64,000 nucleotides of DNA, from contig NC_057719.1 in assembly GCF_004010195.1 (NCBI RefSeq), positions 82,238,600 through 82,302,599 on the forward strand, given 5' to 3'. The DNA comes from Chiloscyllium plagiosum (taxonomy: Eukaryota). The notes beneath the pieces were generated by a model. That model had not been told where the DNA came from, made no database searches, and saw nothing but the letters and a program-made list of their open reading frames with translations. The position numbers and the translations under genes were made by a program. This document shows positions 1 to 11,783 of the stretch, one piece after another; position 1 is the stretch's first letter, and the number at the start of each line of letters is the position of its first letter.

Positions 1-300
1 ACTCAGCACCGCCTTCCTAACCTGCAATCATCTTCCTGACCTCTCCGCCCCCACCCCACTCCCGCCTATCACCCTCACCTTGCCCTCCCTCCACCTATCG
101 CATTTCCAAAGCCCCTCCCCCAAGTCCCTCCTCCCTACCTTTTATCTTAGCCTGCTGGACACACTTTCCTCATTCCTGCAGAAGGGCTTATGCCCGAAAC
201 GTCGATTCTTCTGTTCCTTGGATGCTGCCTGACCTGCTGCGCTTTTCCAGCAACACATTTTCAGCTCTGATCTCCAGCATCTGCAGCCCTCACTTTCTCC
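1..300 (+). mobile_element. Penelope-like element 3' end / pseudo-LTR, with degenerate hammerhead core (ctgcaga-a-gggc-ttat-gccc-gaaacgtc)
   Basis: Same sequence family as the 3' end of the RT+GIY-YIG element at 60270-61988; truncated by the window edge. Confidence 0.8.
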
Positions 301-301
301 C

Positions 302-430
302 TTAATAATTTTCTCAATCCCAATCTCCCATTTTCTCCCGGTAACCCTTGATCCCCTTGAGAATCAAGAACCTACATATCTCTTAATTATACTTAATGAC
401 CTGGCCTCCACAGCCTTCTGAGACAATGAA
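302..430 (-). mobile_element. CR1-type LINE 3' fragment
   Basis: Reverse complement resembles the CR1 ORF2 C-terminus (aaggggatcaagggttac...ggagattgg) seen in other copies here. Confidence 0.55.
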
Positions 431-750
431 TTTGAATTCAGTTGAAACTTGATCTGCAGGTGCTGTAACTTTAGTCAAAAGTTGGTTATTCCTGTGTGTT
501 CCAATATTTCGAACCATGTTACCTGATTGAAGCTCCTTTTGTTAAATGTGAATTGTTACAAGAAGCAAAACAAGACAGCAGCTGTATTATTCCAGAATGT
601 ACATCTCATTACTTCCCAGGGAGGGAAGAATTTGTTCATGTGCAGTACAGTGGGGTGGTTTCCACACTTCCCTTTATGTTGGAAACGCTTTCCTTGCAAT
701 TGTGATTATTGGGATTTCATCTTTATTGTTGAATTTCCTATTTTTTACCC

Positions 751-1240
751 ATAGAGTCATAAAGGTTTACAGCATGGAAACAGGCCATTGGTTTTCACAA
801 TTAATCTAGTTCAATTTGCTGTGTGAGGTACATAACCCTCCTTATCTATTCCATCCATGGACCTGTTCAAATGTTTCTTATTTGACGAAATTGTATTTGC
901 TTCCCACTACCTCTGGCAGCCCATTCCAGACACTCACCACCCTCTGTGTGAAAAAAACCCGCCACTCTGGACTCTTTTGTATCTCTCCTCTCTCACCTTA
1001 AATCTATGCCCTCTGTTTTAGACTCCCCTGCCATGGGGGAAAGCTTTCTATCTTATCTATGCATCTCATGACTTTAAAAACCTCAATAAGGTCACCCCTC
1101 AGTTTCTTACTGTTCAGGGAAAAAAGTATCAGCCTATCCAACCTCTCCTTATAACCATCCAGTCTGGGTAGCATCCTGGTAAATATTCTGCACTCTTTCT
1201 AGATTAATGCTATCCTTTTTATAATAGGGTGAGTGGAGCT
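751..1240 (-). mobile_element. CR1/HER1-type LINE 3' fragment
   Basis: tagagtcat...cagcatggaaacaggcc tail plus ORF2 C-terminal remnants shared with 38772-39390. Confidence 0.75.
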
Positions 1241-1360
1241 GCAATCCATAGCACCATGGAATGTGTATTGATACAAAAGACACCTTCACACAGCACTGAG
1301 AGTGAGTTTAATAAAATCTCAGTTGCTACTGAGTTGGCTTTCACAACCAATGGGAAAACA

Positions 1361-2137
1361 TCATAGAATCCCTACAGTGTGGAAACAGGCCATTTGACCT
1401 AACAAGTCCACACTGACCCTTCAAAAAGAAACCCATTAAAACCCATTCTCCCACCCTATTACTCTACATTTTCCTCTAACTAATGCCTCTAACCGATAGG
1501 AAGGAGACCAGAATTGCACGCAATATTTCAAAAGTGGCCTAACCAACATATTGTACAACTGCAACATGACGTCCCAACTCCTATACTCTGACCAATAAAG
1601 GAAAGCATATGAAATGCCTTCTTCACTATCCAATCTACCTGCAACTCCACTTTCAAGGAGCTATGAACCTGCACTCCAAGGTCTCTTTATTCAGCAACAC
1701 TCCCCAGGATCTTACCATTATGTGTATAAGTCTGGCTCGGATTTGATTTTTCCAAGATGCAGCACCTCACATTTATCTAAGTTAAACTCCATCTACCATT
1801 CTTCAGCCCATTGGCCCATCTGATCTAGATCCCATTGCAATCTGAGGTAACCTTCTTTGCTGTCCACTACACCTTCAATTTTGATGTTATCTGCAAATTT
1901 ACTAACCATACCTTCTATGTTCACATCCAAATCATTTATATCAATGATGAAAAGTAGTGGACCCAGCACCGATCCTTGTGGCACTCCACTGGTCACCGGC
2001 CTCCAGTCTGAAAAGCAACCCTCCACTACCACCCTCTGTCTTCTACCTTTGAGCCAGTTCTGTATCCAAGGCTGGAATCAAACCCAAGTCCTTGGTGCTG
2101 TGAGGCAGCAGTGCTAACCACTGAGCCACCGTGCCAT
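1361..2137 (-). mobile_element. HE1 SINE split into tail (1361-1493) and tRNA-derived head (2069-2137) by a CR1 RT fragment
   Basis: Tail atagaatccctacagtgtggaaacaggcc and head ggcagcagtgctaaccactgagccaccgtgcc match the HE1 copy at 58472-58774. Confidence 0.7.
1497..2068 (-). mobile_element. CR1 LINE ORF2 reverse transcriptase fragment
   Basis: ORF 1793-2032: VTSGVPQGSVLGPLLF...SKFADN (CR1 PQG and FADD motifs). Confidence 0.9.
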
Positions 2138-2169
2138 GGTTGATCTCAGCAAAAACCCTTTAAGAATCG

Positions 2170-2908
2170 TTCAGTGCATTGAGTACAGGAGTTAGGATGG
2201 AAATGTGTTGCTGGAAAAGCGCAGCAGGTCAGGCAGCATCTAGGGAACAGGAGAATCGACGTTTCGGGCATTAGCCCTTCTTCAGGAATCAGCCCATTCC
2301 TGAAGAAGGGCTAATGCCCGAAATGTCGATTCTCCTGTTCCCTAGATGCTGCCTGACCTGCTGCGCTTTTCCAGCAACACATTTCCATCTCTGATCTCCA
2401 GCATCTGCAGACCTCACTTTCTCCTACAGGAGTTAGGATGTCATGTTGCAGTTGTACAGGACATTGGCTAGGCCACTTTTGGAAACCTGCATTCAGTTCT
2501 GATCTCCTTGCCATAGGAAAGATGTTGTGAAATGTGAAAGGGTTCAGAAAGTATTTACAAGGATGTTGCCAGGACTGGAGAATTTCTGCTATAGGGAGAG
2601 GCTGAATAGGCTGAGGCTGTATTCCCTGGATGTTGGAGGCTGAGGGTTGACCTTATAGAGGCTTATAAAATCATGACAGGTATGGATAGAATAGATAGAC
2701 AAGGTCTTTTCCCCAGTGTCTTTTCTCCAGACTGGTGCAATTACAGCATTTAAATTACAGCATCTGCATGGATATATGAATAAGAAGGGTATAGAGGGAT
2801 ATGGACCAAATGCTGGCAAAGGGACCTAGATTATTTTAGGATATCTGGTCAGCATGGATGAGTTGGACTGAGGAGTCTGTTTCTGAGCTGCACGTCTCCA
2901 TGACTCTA
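2170..2908 (+). mobile_element. CR1 LINE 3' fragment interrupted by a Penelope fold-back insertion
   Basis: cagtgcattgagtacaggagtt...gtcatgttgcagttgtacaggacattgg...ccatgactct, the typical CR1 3' region. Confidence 0.85.
2200..2424. mobile_element. Penelope pLTR fold-back insertion (inverted partial copy + full copy), 16-bp TSD
   Basis: Near-perfect inverted repeat centred ~2290; tacaggagttaggatg at 2184-2199 and 2425-2440. Confidence 0.85.
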
Positions 2909-3609
2909 ATTCATCCCATTTCGCCCTGGCTTTGCACATCTATCAAAAGTTGGCCTTCCCTTTAACATTAATACGCTGCGACATAAAAAAAAATTGCAGG
3001 TTCTTTATAAAACAATGTGTTGCAAGAGGAGGTAAGAGATACAAAGATGAGATGTGAGCATAAAGAATTCGGGTTTAGATGTTAAGACCTTTAGAACAAG
3101 AGTTTGGGATGGTTATTATCATTAGTTGATAATCCTCTGCTTTTAAGCATTTCAACGTCATCTCCATTCCCAAAAGTCACTGTGATTTTCCTCAGCCTGC
3201 TTGATGCGTACAATTGGAGTGAACTCTGTGGCACAAATCATCGCAGATTTTGATTTAAAGTTAATGGCTTTAGATGATATTGTTTCTGAGGTGATTATTA
3301 ACTGAGTGATTCTCAGTGCTGCGTTCCCTGAGGATTCAGAAATATTGCAGTCTGCAGAGTATTATCATGTTCCAGCACTGTGAATGATAACTGAACACTA
3401 CATTTGAAGCAAAGCTTTTATGTCTAAAACATGCAATCCTTTGAAAGACATCTTGTGTTATTCGGACTGACTGTATCCTATCGAATTCATATTACTGTTC
3501 CCATATGACTGTACCCTATTGTACCCTGTGTCCTCCTGTGATACCCTCAGAGATAGTGCCTTGTTACTGTATCCCATCTGATGGGTTTCCCTGACTGGAT
3601 TGAACGTAT

Positions 3610-3766
3610 CGTAGAATCCCTACAATATGGAAGCAGGCTATTTGACCCATTGGTTCAACACCGACTCTCTGAAGAGCATCCCACCCATACCCCCTCCCCC
3701 ACCCTATCCCTGTATCCCTGCATTTCCCATTGCTAATCCACTGAGCCTGCACATCTTTGGACTGTG
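3610..3766 (-). mobile_element. HE1 SINE 3' half
   Basis: tagaatccctacaatatggaagcagg...cctgcacatctttggactgtg. Confidence 0.8.
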
Positions 3767-3949
3767 TCCATATTTTTGTGCATGTCTGTTACCCTTGTGC
3801 TTGTGTACGGGTCAGTGTGTGTATTTGTATTTGGGCCATGCCTGTGTATATGTTTATGTGCACACCCTCTGTGTATAAGGATTGATGTGCATTTTATAAG
3901 TGTATTAGTTTGAGTGCGGGAGTATGTCCCCTTTGTAAGTGTGACAGTT

Positions 3950-4185
3950 GCTAGCTGTGGCACAGTCAGCCACCTTTCCACCTCAAGGTTTTGAGTTCAA
4001 GTCACAATCCAGGTCCTGAGCGCAAACACAACATTCCAGTGCAAAGCTGTGGGACTGCTACACTGTCAGAGATGCTGTTTTTTTGTGTGTGACATTAAAC
4101 TGAGGCTCTAGGTGGATGCAAATGTCTCTATTTGAAAAAAGAGGAGGGCAGTTTTCTCTGGTGTCCTGACCAATATTTATCCATT
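3950..4185 (+). mobile_element. Deu-domain SINE (SacSINE1/AmnSINE-like), degenerate
   Basis: aggtggatgcaaa...tatttgaaaaaagaggagggcagttttctctggtgtcctgaccaatatttatcc resembles the Deu core as I recall it. Confidence 0.6.
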
Positions 4186-4567
4186 ATTATGATCCCAGCA
4201 GATGGTACTAATGGATATATAATCTCACAATGAACTCTGACTTGATGGATCATTTGAAGTTAGTTAGCATGATAGTTAATCATGAAGCATATTCACATGA
4301 GGCTGCAACTGTTCTTTAACAACAGAACTTAAGTTTAGTTCACTATAGAATAAACCTACCACAGCCAAGAAGATCTTAACATGGACCACAAAACAATGTC
4401 TCATCCTGTTTCCCAATATTACCCATGACAGAACCTCAATCACAGAAAAATTATCCCCTATCTCAACTCTATAAGTTTCCATTTAACTGACCCCTTTCCA
4501 GGTTCTTTTTCATGGACTGAGAAGATAATTTGATTTCTTCTCAAGTCCACTATCATTAATGTTTCAC

Positions 4568-4785
4568 AAATCCAAGCTCCTAAACTTTATTCATTCTAAT
4601 AATTTGGGCAGTTCCACTGTGATGATAAAAGCTACCAGCAGGGGTCCCTGTCAGGCACAGGAATGGGAAATGGATCCTGTGTGGAAGGACTGATGCTTCA
4701 TGTATTGACTAGATAGGTTGCCCTGTTCTTTGCTGAAACGAAAGCAGGTCAGATTTGGCATCAACAAGTTAGGTTAATTGTTCCA
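4568..4785. repeat. Local dispersed duplicate, copy 1 (copy 2 at 6133-6330)
   Basis: 47 identical nt at 4603-4649 vs 6152-6198, plus a second conserved block atttggcatcaacRagttaggttaattgttcca. Confidence 0.85.
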
Positions 4786-4996
4786 ATCAAGTTCTTCAGT
4801 TCTGGAAACTTCACAAACTAGACAGTTTTGCTGGGGTGACTGGCTTCCAGGAGAGAAACTCAAACTTGCTTCGGAGCTCAACACTGATATTTCTCAAACT
4901 GCCACAGCTACTTGTTTTAAATGTGTTCACTCTACCTGTCATAAATGTAACAGTACAAACATCTCCCTATACACCACAGGAGTCACATGCTTTCTG

Positions 4997-5575
4997 GGCT
5001 GAAAATGTGTTGCTGGAAAAGCGCAGCAGGTCAGGCAGCATCCAAGGAGCAGGAGAATCGACGTTTCGGGCATGAACCCTTCTTCAGGAATGAGGAAAGT
5101 GTGTCCAGCAGGCTAAGATAAAAGGTAGGGAGGNNNNNNNNNNNNNNNNNNNNNNNNNNNNNNNNNNNNNNNNNNNNNNNNNNNNNNNNNNNNNNNNNNN
5201 NNNNNNNNNNNNNNNNNNNNNNNNNNNNNNNNNNNNNNNNNNNNNNNNNNNNNNNNNNNNNNNNNNNNNNNNNNNNNNNNNNNNNNNNNNNNNNNNNNNN
5301 NNNNNNNNNNNNNNNNNNNNNNNNNNNNNNNNNNNNNNNNNNNNNNNNNNNNNNNNNNNNNNNNNNNNNNNNNNNNNNNNNNNNNNNNNNNNNNNNNNNN
5401 NNNNNNNNNNNNNNNNNNNNNNNNNNNNNNNNNNNNNNNNNNNNNNNNNNNNNNNNNNNNNNNNNNNNNNNNNNNNNNNNNNNNNNNNNNNNNNNNNTGC
5501 TACCTGACCTGCTGCGCTTTTCCAGCAAAACATTTTCAGCTCTGATCTCCAGCATCTGCAGTCCTCACTTTCTCC
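4997..5575. mobile_element. Penelope pLTR fold-back insertion spanning the N gap, 14-bp TSD
   Basis: Minus-strand pLTR left of the gap, plus-strand pLTR right of it; tcacatgctttctg at 4983-4996 and 5576-5589. Confidence 0.8.
5134..5496. other. Assembly gap
   Basis: Run of N. Confidence 1.
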
Positions 5576-5739
5576 TCACATGCTTTCTGAGTAACATTGA
5601 ATTTACATCACTGTTCCAGAGTGACTTGCTGACCTTTTCCAAAAACAACATTTTCACACTCATCTGCCTCTCTTTCTAAAAATAATCTAAATTCCAAAAA
5701 TGGGGCAGCATATATTGCAAGTATTTCATCATACCATCA

Positions 5740-5925
5740 ATCAACAATATATATCCATTCATTATCACATTGAAACTTGTGGGGGCTTGCTGTGCATGAA
5801 TTGGCTGCTGGAATTCCTGCATTATGCAATGGTCTCCATTTTACGCCCTACAAAATATGTGTAAAGCAGTTTGGAACAAATGTCCTGAAGTTGTGAGAAG
5901 CCTTGTACAAGTGCAAGTTTTTCTG
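5740..5925 (+). mobile_element. Deu-SINE 3' tail fragment
   Basis: cattatcacattgaaacttgtgggggcttgctgtgc...tgtcctgaagttgtgagaagcc...gtgcaagt. Confidence 0.55.
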
Positions 5926-6132
5926 TCAGTAGGCATATTTCTATGTGTGTATTTGTGTGAACAATCTTTGTGGTTTGGGAAAGATTTGACCAGTGGATGT
6001 ACCACCACCATCTAAATAGGATGCCAGGAGAGAAAAAATATAGTTGCAGGAAACTGGCGGTAAAAGGTATGTGACGTTGCATTACATGAGTATTAGCCAT
6101 TCTTCCACTAGATGGACCTCTACTCCAATCAA

Positions 6133-6330
6133 TACAAACGTCAAGCTCAACTTTGGGCAGTTCCACTGTGATGATAAAAGCTACCAGCAGGGGTCCCTCT
6201 CAGGCGCAGGAATGAGAAATGGACCCTGAGTGAAGGACTGATGTTTTATGCATTGATTGACCAGCTCAAGCAGGTGGTCAAGCAAAAGCAGCTCAAATTT
6301 GGCATCAACGAGTTAGGTTAATTGTTCCAT
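6133..6330. repeat. Local dispersed duplicate, copy 2
   Basis: Homologous to 4568-4785. Confidence 0.85.
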
Positions 6331-6409
6331 TTGCATTTTACTGCTTCCTGTGAGTTAGCTTAAATATTTCCAGCTAGTTTAATGGGGCTTCTATCAACGA
6401 AAAGAATTA

Positions 6410-6880
6410 AACTCAGGAGTATGAGGTTAATGGAACTGCTTTGCAGTTTTGCTAACCTATCACAAAACAAGCATGCACTGCCTTCGGTTTAGAAGATTAA
6501 GTCTGGTCTGAATGGGGTGTATAAGATGATTAAAGGTATTGTTAGGATAGATACAGCAAAAGCTAATTTCTGTAATAGGAATTGGAGTTGAGAACAAGGA
6601 GTTAAATCCTTAAGATTAAATATGCATTCTTTAGGCATGATATCTGGAAATACTCCATCACGTAAAGCACTGAAGGAATCCAGAATTATTTGGCTAAAAG
6701 GGCAGCTGATGTTAATTCCAGAGCCAATTGAAAATTTAAGAAGTGATGTCGTAGGTTTCTGATAGGTTGGAGTTTCAAGGGATATCAAGCAATGAGTTAT
6801 AAATGAAGTTTGGTACAGACAAACTCTAATCTAACTGAAGGTGGAACAGACTCGGTGTGCTGATTGATCCTGTTCTGTTT
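6410..6880 (+). mobile_element. Old CR1 LINE 3' fragment
   Basis: gtataagatgattaaaggtattg...ataggttggagtttcaagggatat, decayed CR1 C-terminus. Confidence 0.55.
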
Positions 6881-6908
6881 CTGTAGTGGGCAGGTAGCTT
6901 GGCACAGC

Positions 6909-6998
6909 CAAGAGTGTGGTGCTGGAAAAGCACAGAAGGTCAGGCAGCATCCAAGGAGCAGGAAAATTGATGTTTCGGTCATAAGCCCTTCATCAGAA
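6909..6998 (-). mobile_element. Short Penelope pLTR fragment with 9-bp direct-repeat flanks
   Basis: tggcacagc at 6900-6908 and 6999-7007. Confidence 0.75.
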
Positions 6999-7204
6999 TG
7001 GCACAGCACACACCAACTGAGATTTCTACTTTGAGTCTGTCCGTGTACTGCTTGAAGCCAACTTACTGCTTTTGTGGTATAATGACCTGTTGTTGAAAGC
7101 ACTACCCTCCTAATCCTTTTCACTCTCTCATTCACTTGTTCTGTTATATTGTTGAATTTTGCCAACATGACCTAGGAATTGTATTTGTAATGTAGTACTG
7201 TGGA

Positions 7205-7340
7205 CAGGGGTCAGTTAGCTCAGTTGGCTGGCTTGTGATGCAGAGTGACACCAACAGTGTGTAACCTGCCGAGGTTACCATGAAGGTCCCACCTTCTCAA
7301 CCTCAGGTTAAACCACAACTCAACATCATCTCTGTCTGAC
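7205..7340 (+). mobile_element. tRNA-derived SINE fragment (same family as 55265-55485)
   Basis: A-box-like gttagctcagttgg; shared gagtgacaccaacag...gaggttaccatgaaggtcccaccttctcaacctc. Confidence 0.6.
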
Positions 7341-8384
7341 TAGAAAATGTACATGTTCAAATGTTATCATTTTGCAGCACACAGAGAAATACATTCATTG
7401 TCATCATCAGTATCTGAAAAAAATGTCATTATTACAAATTTATGCCAACCATAACACATAGCACTTGCTACCTCTCTATCTCTCATTCTTCCCAATTCTT
7501 TCTCTATCCCTCTATCTTTCCCTATTGTTTTCATTCCCTGTCTCACATACACAGGTACGGGAAACCTTTCAACCAACCTTTTGTGATGCATGCAGTAAAT
7601 AACAGTGTAGCTAAAACATTTCCAAATGGGGTAAATCCCTCTTTTACATAAGTAGTCACTTGAAAGATACAAGAGCAGTGAAAATGATTCAAAATGTGTA
7701 AGGAACCTTGCAAAATAACCCTGCAGCTGCCATGAAACCAAGTGAATGACAAAGTTTCTCAGAGTGTGCTTGATTGCTTCACTGCCTTCTGCAATGATTA
7801 GAATGCTATGTTGTTATGGATACCAGCCTTAGTGATGGTGATTGTGCAATGCACTTTCTATTTTTCTAGCATGCAATCTTCTGATATGTTAGATATGGAC
7901 ATGGATGGATCAATCAAACAGCGACTGGCTTTTCAATACTGCTCTGTTTTTGTTGAGAAAATTGATGTGTTTTATATTACAAGGAGCATTTAAGACCACA
8001 GCATTTATATTAAGCTGAGAAAAGCAGTTGGAAACTCATTGCGTGAAATTATATGAACCTCGTGGCATCACAGACAGCCTTACAATAAATGATTCCTTTT
8101 GAAGGTTAGTGAATGTTGTTTTGGAGAAGGCCACTTCAGATGCTTCTGCACGCTGCAAGATCTCACCATCACAATGAGTTCATTTGATTTGGAAGGTTAG
8201 GAGGAAATATCTTATATTTATGCGATATCAATCCTGACTTGGATACTTTTAGTGTAGTCAGTGCTGTTAAGTGGAGAATTGTGGGTGGCCAGGTTTTGTA
8301 CAGGACGTTTTCACAAGCAGCAACTTAATAACCTGTCTTGAATGATGTTGATCGAGAGATAAATATTGGGCCAGGTCACTGGGG

Positions 8385-8990
8385 GAGGACAGTGCTGTTA
8401 AGGAAGGTGTTCCAGGATTTGTATCCAGGAATGGCGATATATTTCTCAGTCAGAATGGTGTGGGGCTTGGACGAAACATGCAGGTGGTGGTGATCCCCTT
8501 TATCTGCTGCCCTTGTCCTTCAAGATGAAAATGGTCATTGGTTTGGAAGGTAATATCTCAGATGAATGTCTGCAGTGCAGCTTAGATCCTGAACTGGAAG
8601 GGCTGTACTATAATGGGAAGCTGATGAAATTGTGTCTATGTTCTCCAGAGTTTAGAAGGACATGAGGCAACCTTTTTGAATCGGAGGTTCTGAAGAGCTT
8701 TGACAGGGTAAGTGCTGAGAGACTGTTTCCATTGGTCAGGAGTTGAGACCATCCAGCCATAGTCTCAGGAAGAGGGGCCAATCACTTTGGACTGAGAGGA
8801 AGAAAATGTTCTACATTGAAAGGGTCATGAATCCATGGATTTCTCTACCCCCACAGGCTTGTGGATTTTCCATCGTTGAATATACTTCAGAGAGAGATTT
8901 TCAGAGTCTCAGGCTGTTGAGAGAGCAAACATGTGGAATAGAAATCCAAATCACCCAGAATTAAATAGTGGAACAGATTTGGTGGGCCCA
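8385..8990. mobile_element. LINE fragments: minus-strand L2/CR1-group piece (8385-8590) then plus-strand CR1 3' piece (8600-8990)
   Basis: First part homologous to 37430-37610; ORF 8743-8964 resembles the CR1 C-terminus (HSLRKRGQSLWTERKKMFYIERVMNPW). Confidence 0.65.
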
Positions 8991-9021
8991 AGGTCCAATT
9001 CTCTTTGGTTGACAGTCCTTT

Positions 9022-9274
9022 TGACCTATCCGCTCCACCCTCCTCTCTGACCTATCACCTTCACCCCCATCTTCACCTACCTAATGCACTCTCAGCTACC
9101 TTCCCCCCACCCCCACCCCATTTATCTCTTACTCCCTTGGCCCACAAGTCTCATGAAAGACTTATGCCCAAAACATTGATTCTCCTGCTCCTCGGATGCT
9201 GCCTGACCTGCTGCGCTTTTCCAGCAACACATTCTTCACTCTGATCTCTAGCATCCGCAGTCCTCACTTTCTCC
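9022..9274 (+). mobile_element. Penelope pLTR, degenerate hammerhead
   Basis: Homologous to 61730-61988. Confidence 0.8.
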
Positions 9275-10051
9275 TAGTTCTTTTGACAGTTCCTGTGACT
9301 TATGCACATATTCTCATCTACCTTCTGCAATCACAAAGCGTATCTAACTCCTCCGCACCCCACTCCACCCCAGCCCCACTCTAGGGCAGCATGCCTGGGA
9401 CCATATCCACATGGGTAGCTCTCCTCCTCTGGACTATCCATCCGAAAAGCAATTCACTGAAACCGACCTGCTCTAACATTCTAATCCCAGGTAGCATGGA
9501 ATGTCAAGTTGGATTTTAGATGGAGACAAACTGATTATTTAAATGACTAGCTGTTTCCCCGAAATGAGCCTGCTCAAAGCCCAGGCCATTCGCAAACACA
9601 TCTCTGTGAAAATTGGAAATGATACACGTGGGGGAGTACGCCACTCTCGATTCTCAGGGATTCTCGGCATTTTCGCTGTAGTCAAGAGATTCTCTGTCAC
9701 GGTGGAAAGGTAGGCCTTGATGTCAAAGGTAGCCACCTCTAGAATTCTGCTTTTCTGTCCTAGTTAAAATGAGCTTGGGAGTTGTGTAGCCCTGGTGGAT
9801 TCCTAACTGAGCATTGGTGAGCAAATTACTGCTGATGGAGAGCCACTTGACGGCATCTTCAATCACTTTGCAAGTTGAGAGTAGACCGAATGGGATAGGA
9901 ATAGGCAGGTAGATGCTAGTGTTGTAGCTGGGAACTACATAATTAAAATCCCATTCACAGTATGGAAATCCTCTGCAGATTAATTGACCATTCATTCTTT
10001 GTGAAGTCTTACTGTGCGTGATATGACCAGTGCATTTGCCATTGTAGCAAC

Positions 10052-11776
10052 TTTTTTTAATTTCAAAAATATACTTTATTCATAAAAATATTTTGATGAT
10101 CAGTACAATTGGTCATGCCATACATAATAAACATTCCATTTCTTTGCATACAGAGATCGAGTAATCATTTGTATATACAGGTCTGTACGTTTACTGTCCA
10201 TATATCGATATATTTAGCAGAGGCGTCAGCGGAGCCCACTTATTGCATGGGCCCCCTGTTCTTCTGAGGCAGGCAGACGTCACACGGTGGTCTTTCCCCA
10301 CCGCACCTTCGTGGCAGCTGCCCCAAGCTTCAGCGCGTCCCTCAACACGTAGTCCTGGACCTTGGAATGTGCCAGTCTGCAACACTCAGTCGGGGTCAAC
10401 TCCTTCAGCTGGAAGATCAACAGGTTTCGGACCACCCAGAGAGCGTCCGTCACCGAGTTGATGATCCTCCAGGCACAGTTGATGTTCGTCTCGGTGTGCG
10501 TCCCGGGGAACAGACCGTAGAGCACGGAGTCCCGCGTCACGGCGCTGCTCGGGACGAACCTCGACAAACACCACTGCATTCCTCTCCAGACTTCCTCTGC
10601 ATTGACACATTCCAGAAGGAGGTGTGTGACAGTCTCGTTCCCCCCCCGCAGTCGCTTCGAGGGCAGCATGCGGTGCGGCTGAGAGTCCGGGCATGCATAA
10701 AGGATCTCACAGGCAGAGCCCTTCTCACCACCAGCCAAGCCATGTCTTGATACTTGTTGGAAAGTTCTGGCGATGAGGCATTCTGCCAAATGGCTTTGAC
10801 AGTCTGCTGAGGGAACCACTCGATAGGATCCCCCCTCTCCTTTTCCCGAAGGGTCTCAAGGACACTACGTGCTGACCACTTCCTGATGGACTTGTGGTCA
10901 AAGGTGTTTTTCGTCATAAATTTCTTCACGAAAGACAGGTGATACGGAACGGTCCAACTACTCGGAGCGTTCCGCGGCAGCGAGGCCAGGCCCATCCTTC
11001 GCAACACCGGGGACAGGTAGAACCTCAGTACGTAGTGACACTTGGTGTTTGCGTACCGGGGATCCACGCACAGCTGGATGCAGCCACATACAAAGGTGGC
11101 CATCAGGGTGCGGGTGGCATTGGGTGTATTTTTTCCCCCGTTGCCCAGATCTTTACAATCGAGTCCCTTCGGACCCGGTCCATCTTTGACCTCCATATAA
11201 ACTGGAAGATGGTCCGGGTGACTGCAGCAGCACAGGTTCTGGGAATAGGCCAGACCTGTGCCACGTATAACAACACTGACAGTGCCTCACACTTGATGAC
11301 CAGGTTTTTACCCACAATGGTAGCTTCCATCTGCCCAGTTTCTGCCTCACTTTCTTGATACGCTCCCCCCAAGATTTGGTGCACGCCCCAGCTCCTCCGA
11401 ACCAAATATCCAGCACCTTCAGGTGGTCGGTCCTGATGGTGAAGGGGATCGAGGATTGGTCGGCCCAGTTCCCGAAGAGCATGGCCTCGCTCTTGCCCCG
11501 GTTGACCTTGGACCCCAAGGCCTGTTTGAACTGGTCACATGTGCACAAGAGTCTGTGCACGGACAGCGGATCCAATCAGAAAATGGCGACATCATCCTGG
11601 GGTCAACAGCTTGGTGTTCAGCTTCCACATTCCCTTACCAGCCCACTGCTGGTCCTGTAGGTGACAGTCGGCCAGCAGGAGGCAGTGGTCAGAAAAGAAC
11701 ACCGGCTTGACGTCGGTAGATCTGACCGAGAGCGTTCGGGACACAAACAGGTAATCTATCCTTGAGCATATAGACC
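10052..11776 (-). mobile_element. Tx1-type (L1 clade) non-LTR retrotransposon, 5'-truncated and internally deleted ORF2, poly(A) tail
   Basis: APE end (SRIDYLFVS...FSDH...WKLN) at 11592-11776; RT DDVAIF and KVNRGKSE; C-terminal CCHC (CPRSDCGG..ETVTHLLLEC); AATAAA + poly(A) at 10052-10080. Confidence 0.9.
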
Positions 11777-11783
11777 CTAACAA

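Noticed and set aside
4624..4645. Resemblance of gataaaagctacc..gggg to LSU rRNA domain V
   Set aside because: Only ~13 nt match and the flanks are unrelated to rRNA
5031..5555. 174/149-aa ORFs
   Set aside because: Artefacts of translating through Ns
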